From NCBI GenBank assembly GCA_963662795.1, contig OY759746.1, forward strand, positions 2,240,001 to 2,304,000: a stretch of 64,000 nt of DNA, read 5' to 3'. Position numbers and translations under genes: made by a program. Of this stretch, positions 30,800-41,078 are shown in pieces. The notes beneath the pieces were generated by a model. That model was not told the origin of the DNA. It did no database searches and worked only from the letters and a program-made list of their open reading frames with translations. The first letter of the stretch is position 1; every line of letters starts with the position of its first letter. The DNA comes from Spirochaetia bacterium. GTDB lineage: Bacteria > Spirochaetota > Spirochaetia > CADAEX01.

Positions 30800-32506
30800 T
30801 TATTCGAATGCTAAATGATAAATACATTCCTCATCATATATTTTTCTGAAATTTTCTGAATTTAACGGTTCCCCCAGAAAGAACCCTTGATATTGTGAAC
30901 AGCCTTTTCTTTTAAGAATCTTGAATTGCTTCTCTGACTCTATTCCTTTTGCTGCCACATCCAGGGATAATGTCTGAGCTAACGAAATAATCATTTCGAT
31001 TATTGCTAAAGTTTTCTTGCTTTCTCCTAAATAAGTAATAAATGATTTATCTATTTTTAAAATGTCTACTGGATAATCTTTTAACTTGGAGAGAGAAGAA
31101 GAACCAGTTCCAAAATCATCAATGGCAATTCGAATTCCCATCGCCTGCAGAATCTTTAAATTCTTGATTGATGCCTTATTGTTCTTCACCAATCCAATTT
31201 CGATAATTTCAATTTCAAGACTGATAGGGGATACCCCGAATGTACCTAATGCGTTAGAGATATCTTTCACAATATTACCGTTCTCTATCGAATATGGAGA
31301 AATATTTACTGCAACTGGGATGGATAAATGATTTTCCTGATTCCATGATTTAATCTGCTGGCAAGCATTAAAAACAACATACCGATCAATATCCAGTATC
31401 TGTCCTGTTTTTTCCGCGAATGAAATAAATTGATTTGGTTCTAGTAATCCGTGTGTTGGAGACTGCCAACGGATCAGGGCTTCAATTTTACATAATTTCC
31501 CCAAATTATTGAATATGGGCTGATAATGTAATATAAACTCCTGGTTATCAAAAGCTTTCTCAATTTCCCATTTTAAAATATAAGGAAAGACTAATAAGTT
31601 TTGGGATTTCTTACTGAATATCTCATGAAAATTAAACCCTTTTCCCATTTTTTCAGATAAAGCATATTTGCATATTTTAGCTTTACCTTTTGTCGGATGT
31701 GGATAATAGGGTAGAAGTGATCTCTCCAGATTAAGAGTCACTTTAACCGATTCATTATCCCTTATAAGGTGGTATGAAAATATTTCAGTAACCCTTTTTT
31801 CAATACTATCGATATCTTTTTGAAAGTTGATATTTTCGAATAAAAGCAGATAATCATTAGATGTTATCCGACACATTGTATCGTTTTGTCTGTATATGCT
31901 TTGCAGCTTGTTAGCCGTTAATGATAATAAGTCATCATTAATTGTTTTTATTTCTTTTCCAGTTTGAGATTTGTAATATTTAAAATTCAAAGCCATTATC
32001 ATGAGGATTTGATTGTTTTGAAGGGCAAGAATAATTTTTTCTTGAAAAGAATTCAGAAATATATTTTTATTAACAAACCCTGCGTCATAGTCTATATGAA
32101 AATTGTGATTCTGATTACTGAAAAGGTTGTTGTTTGTGCGTGGCTTTTTGATATTTATTATAATCCCATCAAATATTGGATCATTAATCATACCAATAAA
32201 TGTGATATCTACATTTATACGGTGACCGTTAATATCTAAAATCCGAAAGGAAGATTTCAAAGTATATTCAAGAGGTTGAGTTGCTAAATTTCTAAGAATC
32301 TGTGCAAATTTTATTTTTTCTTCTTCAAAAATATATTCTGTAATATTGGATCCCAAAAATACTTCGGATGAGTAGCCAAAGATTTTGTGGGATGAGGCTG
32401 TTTCGTGAAGAATTATACCCGTCTCATCCACAATAAGCATGATCTCATTAATATATTTAGTTAAAGTTTCTATGCAGGTTTGAATTTGAATAATATTATT
32501 TTTCAT
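30800..32506 (-). CDS. PAS + degenerate GGDEF + EAL protein
   Basis: PAS N-terminus, RITSNDY in place of GGDEF, YQP..EALIRW, DDFGTG, KIDKSF, AAKGIE. Confidence 0.88.
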   Translation of the reverse strand: MKNNIIQIQTCIETLTKYINEIMLIVDETGIILHETASSHKIFGYSSEVFLGSNITEYIFEEEKIKFAQILRNLATQPLEYTLKSSFRILDINGHRINVDITFIGMINDPIFDGIIINIKKPRTNNNLFSNQNHNFHIDYDAGFVNKNIFLNSFQEKIILALQNNQILMIMALNFKYYKSQTGKEIKTINDDLLSLTANKLQSIYRQNDTMCRITSNDYLLLFENINFQKDIDSIEKRVTEIFSYHLIRDNESVKVTLNLERSLLPYYPHPTKGKAKICKYALSEKMGKGFNFHEIFSKKSQNLLVFPYILKWEIEKAFDNQEFILHYQPIFNNLGKLCKIEALIRWQSPTHGLLEPNQFISFAEKTGQILDIDRYVVFNACQQIKSWNQENHLSIPVAVNISPYSIENGNIVKDISNALGTFGVSPISLEIEIIEIGLVKNNKASIKNLKILQAMGIRIAIDDFGTGSSSLSKLKDYPVDILKIDKSFITYLGESKKTLAIIEMIISLAQTLSLDVAAKGIESEKQFKILKRKGCSQYQGFFLGEPLNSENFRKIYDEECIYHLAFE

Positions 32507-32943
32507 AATATAGTAACTAAATATTTAAAAATGTTAGAAATATTGGGAAGTAAAAGATTTTCTACAATTGATGCATTCACTTATGTCTCCAAGTGTTCTA
32601 TATAAAAAGTTTCGCATCACTTGGCTAATGTGTAAATCTATCAATGTATATAAAAAAAGGAAACAATTGTATAATTATTTGGAATATCAAAGGCCGTTAA
32701 AAATTATTATTAATGCATCTTTGGGATTTGTATGTTTTATTTCTAATGTTGTAATAGTACTATCATGCTGTGGTTGATTATTACAAGCAGTTGGGTTACC
32801 CGGTCGATAGATAAAATCCATTCAAGACATTTTATGTTTATTTCTTTATCTATAAACTCTCGTGCAGTGCTCCGTTGTTTTTCCAATTCTAAAAAAATCA
32901 AAAATATCCAGTATCATGTTTTATATATTAATAGTCTTATCCT

Positions 32944-33690
32944 TTATAAAGAGACAGTAAATTCCTCACTCTGAGCAATCCCAACCATCCAGGGGATATT
33001 TTCATAAATAAGATTGCAATAGACTGTAACAAATGCTGATAAATCACCGCTAGCCTCTATGCCATCTTTTATAAAGTCCTCTTTCATCGCAGGGTAAAAT
33101 ATCCAGGTTAGCGCATTATCTATCATTTCCCCATATCCTAGCGACATATTTTTGTCCACCCTTACCGTTGTCTGATATATATATTTCTGGGAGGCATAGC
33201 TCACAACAGCAGAGAAATCAGGAATATCGGATAGGGTCACTCCTGTATTATTTTTATTTAAATTGAGTGACAGGACGTTGGTTGTATGCACTCCACCACC
33301 GGCAGTAGCAGTAACACTATCTATTTTTTCTGGATCTCGTTCTCCCTTCATTGAAAAAAATGCCACAATGAAATATTCGCGACCACTCTGAACAAACGGA
33401 CAGATAAGTGTCCTTGATTTTTTTATCTGGTCTAACGCGGTGTTTCGAATATCGGCAAAGGTATGACTACCGTCAACAGGATTGCTGCTTTCCAATTGAA
33501 CTGAGATGAATATCCGTGTTGTTTCTGGCGGAATATCGGTAAAAATGAGACGAATACCATCTGGCACGCTATTGGCGCTTAATTTGATGTCCTGATATAA
33601 TGCATCTTTATTGCTCACGCATCCCATAAATGCAAAAATATATAACATTATGAAACAGTGTATTTTCAATAAAAAAATATTGTGTTTCAT
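32944..33690 (-). CDS. Putative lipoprotein of unknown function
   Basis: GGAGG RBS, hydrophobic signal with FAFMG-C lipobox. Confidence 0.65.
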   Translation of the reverse strand: MKHNIFLLKIHCFIMLYIFAFMGCVSNKDALYQDIKLSANSVPDGIRLIFTDIPPETTRIFISVQLESSNPVDGSHTFADIRNTALDQIKKSRTLICPFVQSGREYFIVAFFSMKGERDPEKIDSVTATAGGGVHTTNVLSLNLNKNNTGVTLSDIPDFSAVVSYASQKYIYQTTVRVDKNMSLGYGEMIDNALTWIFYPAMKEDFIKDGIEASGDLSAFVTVYCNLIYENIPWMVGIAQSEEFTVSL

Positions 33691-34022
33691 GTTACCCTCC
33701 AAAAGAAGTAATAGAAAAACTAGATATCCAAATCAAGAACAGTTAAAATATTTACCATCTCCAATCTACTCTAATATATCTTAGCATTAGTGACAATAAT
33801 GCGTTAAGGAGTATTAATATTAATAATTTGAAGTGAAAAATGAAATGTAGACGATTCTTTTTCCAGGTAATCCTACAACTGCTCCATGTATATGGGAAGG
33901 GGATTTTTATGTGAAAGGGATGCGGCGAGTTTTTTGAGACGGAGTAGTGGGAGACGCGGGTAAGATTAATGTCATGTGAATGAGTATGAAAAATGAAAAA
34001 GTAATTGAAATCAGGGAAAAGT

Positions 34023-34490
34023 CTAATTAATTTTTATATATGGATACAGCTTTTTGGCACATTCTGGACAGAGTGAGTGTGTGAAATTTATACCTGAATG
34101 AGTATGTATATATTCTTCAACCTGTCGCCAATATCCTTTATCGTCTCTAATTTTTTTACATGATGAACAAATCGGCAGTAAATATGACAATACATCAACT
34201 TCTTTTTTTATATTTTCCAGTTTATAAATTGTATTTAAAAGCTCCTCGTTAAGATGTGCTGTTTCCCTTTCTTTCTCATAGAGTTTTCTTAAAATTCTAT
34301 GTTGATTTTTAAATATTATATGTGCAGCGACTGTGGCACTGATAGAACTGAAGACTATTGTAATAAGATGTGATTCCCATATGGCAATATCCGGAAATAA
34401 AAATTGTTTCAGTGTTTCATAAGAGGTCATTGAAATAAGCATAAGAATGAAAATAAATATTAATCGGATAAATAAATTCTTAGTTGACAC
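34023..34490 (-). CDS. Small membrane protein with coiled coil and C-terminal CxxC..CxxC domain
   Basis: Two TMs, coiled coil, LLPICSSCKKIRDDKGYW..VEEY..FTHSLCPEC. Confidence 0.75.
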   Translation of the reverse strand: MSTKNLFIRLIFIFILMLISMTSYETLKQFLFPDIAIWESHLITIVFSSISATVAAHIIFKNQHRILRKLYEKERETAHLNEELLNTIYKLENIKKEVDVLSYLLPICSSCKKIRDDKGYWRQVEEYIHTHSGINFTHSLCPECAKKLYPYIKIN

Positions 34491-34648
34491 TTGTTAGTCC
34501 TGATAATTTGAATTTCTGGATAAAGAATATTACGCATAAAGAAGCTGATAGTACATATATTAACACAATTTTAATAATATTGAATGGTAATTTGGGGAAA
34601 ACTAGCTATGATATTGTAGAATGAAGCACAGGGGCGCGGGTAATCCCC

Positions 34649-35601
34649 GAGCCTGTCAAGAATTTTCTGTAAACTCCATTAGACCGGAACCCGGCCTTCA
34701 AATTTTATAGCCAGAAAATTCAATGCCTGGCTCCAATTCTGTATAGGCATCGCCCATTTTTTTCCAATGTTCTGCAGGGCCATATATAATGCAGCTGTAC
34801 GTCCGTTTCAGGAAAGACCGTGCGGAATGGCCTCGGGAAATCCGGTTAAGCCGTCAACCGCCGTTATCAGAATATCCTGTATCCCCGGTTTCTCAACTCG
34901 GTAATGATGGACAGCCAGAATTTGCCCCCTTCATTTTCTCCAGGCCAGAGCCCCGACAGCTCTCTTTTTGACCCTCCAGGGTAATAGCCGGGGCCAGATA
35001 AAATCGATTTCTTCTGAATCCGGCTGTTCTCCCGAACCTTCATGACTATCGCGTCGAAGAATACAATGGGGTAAACAGATTCCATATCCCGGTTTCTCCA
35101 GGCTTCCAGTTCGGCCAGAATACCGTCCGTTATGGATAAGGGGAATCCTCGTTTCCGTAGATTTTTTTCAGGTGTTCGGTGATTCCCGGTTGGACATCCC
35201 CCGGGCGTACATCGATAATATCTTGTCGCTGAATCCCGTGATTTTTCGTTTATGCTTCCCTACAGTTTTGGGTTCAAAGTTTGAATCCCGATCTCGTGGG
35301 ATTTCAATTTCAATGTCTCCCTGATCGCTTCTTACGGTTTTCTTGCTGTTGCCGTTACGCGGTTATCCGTCGGCTTTTCATTGGCTTCTATACTTCTCGT
35401 ACCCGAGATGCTCTGTCAATTCGTTGTTCAGGGCGTTGATTCCATCAACGCCTTTGTAAGCTGTTTGATAATCCCGGCCTCACCTAAAAGGTTTTCAGGA
35501 TTTTTATAATTCTTCAGTAATTCCTGCAATAATTCTTTTGAAATAGCGCATGTACTCCTCTTTTTGAGTTCGGCTATTTACAAAAAATATCTTATACCCT
35601 C
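34649..35601 (-). mobile_element. IS256-family element, internally deleted and frameshifted
   Basis: Imperfect terminal IRs GAGCCTGTCAAGAATTTTCTGTAAA / GAGGGTATAAGATATTTTTTGTAAA; fragments YPIVFFDAIVMKVRE, GLW..ENEG.KFW...ELRNRG, IPRDRD..FEP. Confidence 0.88.
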
Positions 35602-35631
35602 GAAAAATCTTTATAAAAAAGAATCAATGGT

Positions 35632-37062
35632 TTAGTCTGTCAATTGCGCAACAACACAGTCACGCCCATTGTTTTTTGCCATATAAAGCGCGCGATCTGT
35701 TCGGCCTATAATTGTTTCCCATGTGTCTTTTTCTTTAAGCACTGAGATACCTATACTTACTGTCAAATACCCTTCCGGAAGAATTATTGAATGAATTTCC
35801 TGTCTGAGCCTTTCTGCTATTAAAGATGCTTCATCGCTTGTTGTTTCTGTAAGAACAATAATAAATTCCTCTCCCCCAGTTCTACCGATAAAATCTATAA
35901 TACGCATATTTTTTTTTAATATTTTTCCAAGTTTTGTAAGCACAAGGTCTCCCTCAGGGTGTCCGTAGGTATCATTAATTTTTTTAAAATAATCAATATC
36001 TAATGACAATACAGCCATGTCATGCTTATACCTGATCGTTCTTATTATTTCTTCTTGTAATCTTTCAAAAAAATATCTTCTGTTCATAACTCCTGTAAGA
36101 CTGTCAAATCTTGCTAATATCTCAAGTTCTTTCTGGGTCTTAATTAAATCGTTCAGCATATACAGAAATTTTCTTATAAGGTAAATAATTAATATGGTAC
36201 TAAGAAAGTGAATAATTATTCTTCCCAAGCTTCTGAAAGTCCATTTTGAGATCATTGTGGAATTATCTATATCAAAAGTAATTTTGATAGGATAATTAGG
36301 TACAGATTCATATATTAAATACCGTTGATTTTTTATATGTCTACTTTTTTTTATCAATGCAGTACCTGATTTTTCATTGGAAAAAAAATGAAATATTTCA
36401 CCTGGAACAGAAGTGCCTATCACTTTATCTTCAAGCGGGCTTCTGGCAAGAATAATACCGTCATTTCTTACCACTGTGACTTTTAAATTATTTTCATCCG
36501 TAAATGATCTGTTTAAATAATTAAAAATACTTATTTTTGTTACTGCAGTTATTACTGACAGATATTTATTATTTTCAAGTGGAAAAGATACAGGTAATAT
36601 CCACTCTCCGGTAATTCTGCTTTTTTCGGGAGATGAATGATAAATGCCTCTTTTCAGAGGATTCTGCTGCACAAGAAAATATTCTCTGTCACTGACATTG
36701 ATAAGTGGTTGCCCTGATGTATCAGGCTGAAGATAAAGATCACCTTTTTTGTCAATGAATAATAATTCAGTAAATCCATTTGTATTTCTTGTAAATGTTG
36801 ATATCATTTCGTCAAGTTGTGTTTTATTTTCATAGTTTGAATTCAACAATATTGCCAGTTCTTTGAGACTTAAAGTGATTAAATCCATCTGTTGACTAGT
36901 CTGCACTGCTGCAGTTTGACAATAAATACGCATCTTTTCTTTTTCAGAAGCAACTAAACTATCATATTCATTTTTTATCAGACTTAACCCGATAGTCCAG
37001 TAAATGATAAGACCTGTTATTGTTATTTGTAATACAATTCTTTTAATATGATGTAAAATCAT
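35632..37062 (-). CDS. Membrane diguanylate cyclase with Cache-type sensor
   Basis: Two TMs, NVSDREYF Cache motif, DSLTG, DIDYFKKINDTYGH, GGEEF, ALYMAK..GR. Confidence 0.92.
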   Translation of the reverse strand: MILHHIKRIVLQITITGLIIYWTIGLSLIKNEYDSLVASEKEKMRIYCQTAAVQTSQQMDLITLSLKELAILLNSNYENKTQLDEMISTFTRNTNGFTELLFIDKKGDLYLQPDTSGQPLINVSDREYFLVQQNPLKRGIYHSSPEKSRITGEWILPVSFPLENNKYLSVITAVTKISIFNYLNRSFTDENNLKVTVVRNDGIILARSPLEDKVIGTSVPGEIFHFFSNEKSGTALIKKSRHIKNQRYLIYESVPNYPIKITFDIDNSTMISKWTFRSLGRIIIHFLSTILIIYLIRKFLYMLNDLIKTQKELEILARFDSLTGVMNRRYFFERLQEEIIRTIRYKHDMAVLSLDIDYFKKINDTYGHPEGDLVLTKLGKILKKNMRIIDFIGRTGGEEFIIVLTETTSDEASLIAERLRQEIHSIILPEGYLTVSIGISVLKEKDTWETIIGRTDRALYMAKNNGRDCVVAQLTD

Positions 37063-38130
37063 AAATTCCTCATTTTGTATTATTTCTTATATCATTTTTT
37101 AAAAATAAAATGGTGACTGATGAATATTAGCATACACATATTATGGTGCGATACATATTAACCGAATGTTTAAAGTTAATTAATACTTTGTATTTAAACA
37201 ATTAAAATACTATCTTTATCTATCTATGAGAGATGAAAAAAAATCGATATAGTTTTTTGAAAATAAAATATGTAAGCAATATATTCATTTCTTTTATTAA
37301 CGATAATGTCTTCAGCATCAGTTTGAGATTATATTTTCAATATTTTTTGTATTAATTGATGTATACTTGTATGCAATCGCATTCTTAATAATTGTTATTG
37401 TTGGATTTAAAGTAAATAATTATGTTATGATTAATGCTATTATAATAGTTAGTATCAGCATTAATAGTTTATTCATCAAGTTTCCTCTTCACTTACAATA
37501 TGATATTTACGTTAATTACTATTAAATAGAATTAAGAAAATCTAATGATATTATTATGAAGATTTTATATAGAAGTAATTCTGTGTCTTTGTCCCATTAA
37601 GAAGTTTCTTTCTTTTTGGATAAATTGCAAGAAGTAAGTTATATTAATTAGTGAATTGTTTTTATTCTAATTCTGGTCATAAATATACTGAAGGATTTTA
37701 TAACAGAGGACGATAAAAAGTTCCTTGAAAATACTCCTAACCGGATTTTGGAGGAATTCCTTGGAGCTGAAAATACGGACAAAGTAAGAAATGTATACAC
37801 CCCAACATTCAGTTGAAAAAGTGAGAATAATTATTTATTATATATAACAGGCAGAACGGATAGGGTTTTGCCCTTTTTTATTCTTTTCTGAATGATAGAA
37901 GAACTGATAGCAACCTGATTAAAATCATATTGATTATTTTGAAAAACGATTTATAATATATTATCTTCTTCTATCTATATGTTTTATCAGTACATTTATC
38001 CTATTGCCTGTAAGGGAGACAGCTTTTTTTCATAAAAGGAAGCGCCGGAAAAACTCCCGGAATTTTATTTAATTCTTATTGTCGGTAAATTTGATTTTAT
38101 TCCAATTGTGAGTATATATTATATATAGAT

Positions 38131-38694
38131 ATGGAAATTATAGATATTGCGGAAACATTAATAATTCAAGGTATGTACTCTGATGCCAAAACAGTTCTCA
38201 ACCGTCTTCTTGAAGATGAGCCTGATAACAATGAGGCAGTATGTCTTATAGGAATAGCTCTGACTGAAAGCGGAGAAAATGACAGGGCAATCAAGGCGCT
38301 GGATTACTGTCTTAGTAAAAACAGGTACAACGCAGCAGCATGGGAGGCCCTCGGCTGTGCCTGGATGAGAAAGAGCGAACTGGAAAAGGCAAAAGAGGCA
38401 CTTGAATCCGCAGTGAAACTTGAACCCGCGAACTGGTCTGTAAAAAGAAATATGGGCGTTCTGTATATTTTAAAAAGAGATTACAAAAAAGCAAAAGAAC
38501 TTCTGGAATTTGCCAGAGAAAAAAAACCTGAAGACTATAAAACCATTTACGCTCTTATATACGCCTGTGTAAATCTGAAAGATTATAATGAAGCGGAAAA
38601 TCTTATAAGGGAAATCCTTTTTCTTGATATTACTGAAGATATAAAAACTGATGTTGAGCAGCTGCTGATACGCATACAGGCAAAAATGATTTAA
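38131..38694 (+). CDS. Tetratricopeptide repeat protein
   Basis: Repeated TPR-like helices (AWEALG..., A...L..A..L.P). Confidence 0.8.
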   Translation: MEIIDIAETLIIQGMYSDAKTVLNRLLEDEPDNNEAVCLIGIALTESGENDRAIKALDYCLSKNRYNAAAWEALGCAWMRKSELEKAKEALESAVKLEPANWSVKRNMGVLYILKRDYKKAKELLEFAREKKPEDYKTIYALIYACVNLKDYNEAENLIREILFLDITEDIKTDVEQLLIRIQAKMI

Positions 38695-38736
38695 TATATA
38701 GCAATTCTGTATTTAATGAATATTAATAAAAAAAAA

Positions 38737-38765
38737 TTGATAAAATTATCAACATGCCTTATACT
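38737..38765 (+). promoter_or_regulatory. Sigma70 promoter of ackA with an overlapping palindrome
   Basis: TTGATA-17 nt-TATACT; TTGATAA-aa-TTATCAA perfect inverted repeat over the -35. Confidence 0.7.
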
Positions 38766-38828
38766 AACCGGGTAAAAGTTCAGTCACTACTAAATTAATT
38801 ATTATTTTTCAGGATACACCGGAGGTGC

Positions 38829-40037
38829 ATGGTGAATATTCTTGTTTTAAACAGCGGCAGTTCTTCAATAAAATTCAATCTCTGGAAGATTGAATCAAGG
38901 AAACTTCTTTGTAAGGGCCTTATTGAAAAGATAGGGAAAAAAGACAGTTCCATGACTTACGGACCCAACGGCGGAAAAATAGTTTTTGAAAAAGAGATAT
39001 TGAACCATAAAGACGGCATACAGTTTGTTCTTGATACAATAACAGATGGTAAAAACGGGGTGATAAAAAATATCAGGGAAATAGATGCAGTCGGCCACAG
39101 GGTAGTGCATGGCGGAGAAAAAATAACAAGATCCGAGTTTGTAACAAAAGAAATTGAAAAAATTATTGAAGACTGTATAATGCTGGCTCCTTTGCACAAC
39201 CCGGCTAATCTTGAAGGAATAATAGCGATAGAAAAAGTCCTTCCCGGAGTTCCCAATATAGCGGTTTTTGATACTGCATTTCACTCTTCAATGCCCCCCA
39301 AAGCTTTTATTTATCCGCTTCCCTATGAATTCTACGAAAAATATAAAATAAGAAAATACGGATTTCACGGTACATCTCATAAATATGTTTCATTAAAGGG
39401 CGCTGAAATCCTCGGACTGAAGCCGGAGAAATTCAACTGCATAACCTGCCATCTTGGAAACGGGTCTTCAATCGCCGCCGTAAAGAACGGCCTGTCTGTC
39501 GACACGACAATGGGTTTTACACCTCTTGCGGGACTTCCTATGGGGACAAGGACCGGAAGTATTGATCCTTCGATAATCCTTTACATGATTGAGAAGCTAG
39601 GTTATGAGCCCAAAGCAGTCAATGACATTTTAAACAAGGAATCAGGTTTCAAGGGAATATCAGGGATTTCATCTGACCTGAGGGAAATAAGCGCAGCCGC
39701 CAAAGAGGGGCATGAGAGGGCAATTCTTACATTAAAGATTTTCGCTCATGCTGCCAAAAAGTTTATCGCGGGGCTTGCTACTGAATTGGACGGAAGGGTT
39801 GATGCGATAATATTCACCGGCGGAATCGGCGAAAATTCATCCGAGTCAAGGGAGCTTATCTGCGAAGGACTGCAGATATTCGGAGCTCATATAGACCTGG
39901 AAAAAAACTCATTTATTAAAGGCGAGGGTTTTATTTCACAGGATGATTCCCCGGTAAGGATCATGGTTATTCCCACAAATGAAGAGCTGATGATAGCCCT
40001 TGAGACACAGCGAATTCTTGAAGCAAAAAAGCAGTAA
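38829..40037 (+). CDS. ackA: Acetate kinase
   Basis: LNSGSSSIK, GHRVVHGG, APLHNP, YGFHGTSH, HLGNG, FTGGIGEN, TNEE. Confidence 0.97.
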   Translation: MVNILVLNSGSSSIKFNLWKIESRKLLCKGLIEKIGKKDSSMTYGPNGGKIVFEKEILNHKDGIQFVLDTITDGKNGVIKNIREIDAVGHRVVHGGEKITRSEFVTKEIEKIIEDCIMLAPLHNPANLEGIIAIEKVLPGVPNIAVFDTAFHSSMPPKAFIYPLPYEFYEKYKIRKYGFHGTSHKYVSLKGAEILGLKPEKFNCITCHLGNGSSIAAVKNGLSVDTTMGFTPLAGLPMGTRTGSIDPSIILYMIEKLGYEPKAVNDILNKESGFKGISGISSDLREISAAAKEGHERAILTLKIFAHAAKKFIAGLATELDGRVDAIIFTGGIGENSSESRELICEGLQIFGAHIDLEKNSFIKGEGFISQDDSPVRIMVIPTNEELMIALETQRILEAKKQ

Positions 40038-40099
40038 AATAACCTGCAGACTGTATATTCCTTAACCTGTATCCAACTCAGCCCTGTAAATACGCCTTA

Positions 40100-41053
40100 T
40101 TATAAAATACCGTCTGCGTAAGAGGTGAAATCAGCAATTGCATCATCCAAATACCTGTCGGTTGTATACCCGGATGCCTTGCTGTGTCCGCCCCCTCCGA
40201 AGTGCTTCGCAATGCTGCTTAAGTCTATATCATCACGCGTTCTGAGGCTTACGCTGCATTTGCCGTTTTTCTCTTCCCTGAAAGAGGCTGTTATTCTGAT
40301 GCCTTTGGTCCCAAGAAATATCTGGTAAAGCATGTCCTTGTCCCTGTCGGTTTCCTTAAAAAACTCAAGATCAGAAATCTTTTCATGGAAAACAAGGAGT
40401 TTACCGTTATGTGATATTACTGCTCTTTCCAGCATCATTTTAAGGAAAGTTATTGATCCTGTTCCCCTGTTGCCGTAAATGGAATAAAAAATTGAATTAG
40501 GCGAAGCGCCAAGATCGCAAAGTTCTCCCGCTGCCTTAAGCGCGTTTCCCGAAGAGGATGTAAGATGTCTGAAAAAGCCTGTATCTGTGCAGAGTCCCAT
40601 AAAAAGCAGACTGCTTTCCTCCATGCTTATTCTATAGTTGTTTTGCTTTAAGAAATTGTAGACAAGATATGTTGCTGAAGGCGCGCTGCTGTCAATATAT
40701 GACGCTGAGGCAGCTTTTGGTTCTGTAAGATGATGGTCAATAACTGCCTGGGGGAATCGCCCCGCATATTCCGCAAAAGGGCCCGTCCTTTCGGCATTTG
40801 CGCAGTCGACAAGGAATACCGCTGTTTTTTCAGTAATATCAGCTTCTGATACTTTTACTCTGAAATAATTTTCATAAGGCTTTATTTCTCTCCGTGTGAA
40901 AGGTACCTGGCTGTAAAGTGATGTTTTTTTCCTCAGTGACCGTAAAAAATTTGATATTACTATTTGACTGCATATACTGTCGGCATCCGGATCTTCATGC
41001 CCGAATACAAGAAAATTATCAAAATTATTAATAAAATCCATAATGGCTTTCAT
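40100..41053 (-). CDS. nrnA: DHH/DHHA1 phosphoesterase (NrnA-like oligoribonuclease/pAp phosphatase)
   Basis: HEDPDADS, IDHH, TDTGFF, SLR, GGGGH..ASG. Confidence 0.82.
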   Translation of the reverse strand: MKAIMDFINNFDNFLVFGHEDPDADSICSQIVISNFLRSLRKKTSLYSQVPFTRREIKPYENYFRVKVSEADITEKTAVFLVDCANAERTGPFAEYAGRFPQAVIDHHLTEPKAASASYIDSSAPSATYLVYNFLKQNNYRISMEESSLLFMGLCTDTGFFRHLTSSSGNALKAAGELCDLGASPNSIFYSIYGNRGTGSITFLKMMLERAVISHNGKLLVFHEKISDLEFFKETDRDKDMLYQIFLGTKGIRITASFREEKNGKCSVSLRTRDDIDLSSIAKHFGGGGHSKASGYTTDRYLDDAIADFTSYADGIL

Positions 41054-41078
41054 ATTGCATACCGCTCCGGTGAATTTA

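Noticed and set aside
37240-37490. Possible small exported-protein gene on the minus strand with a GAGG RBS
   Set aside because: Stops after about 18 codons in very AT-rich DNA; cannot be supported as a gene.
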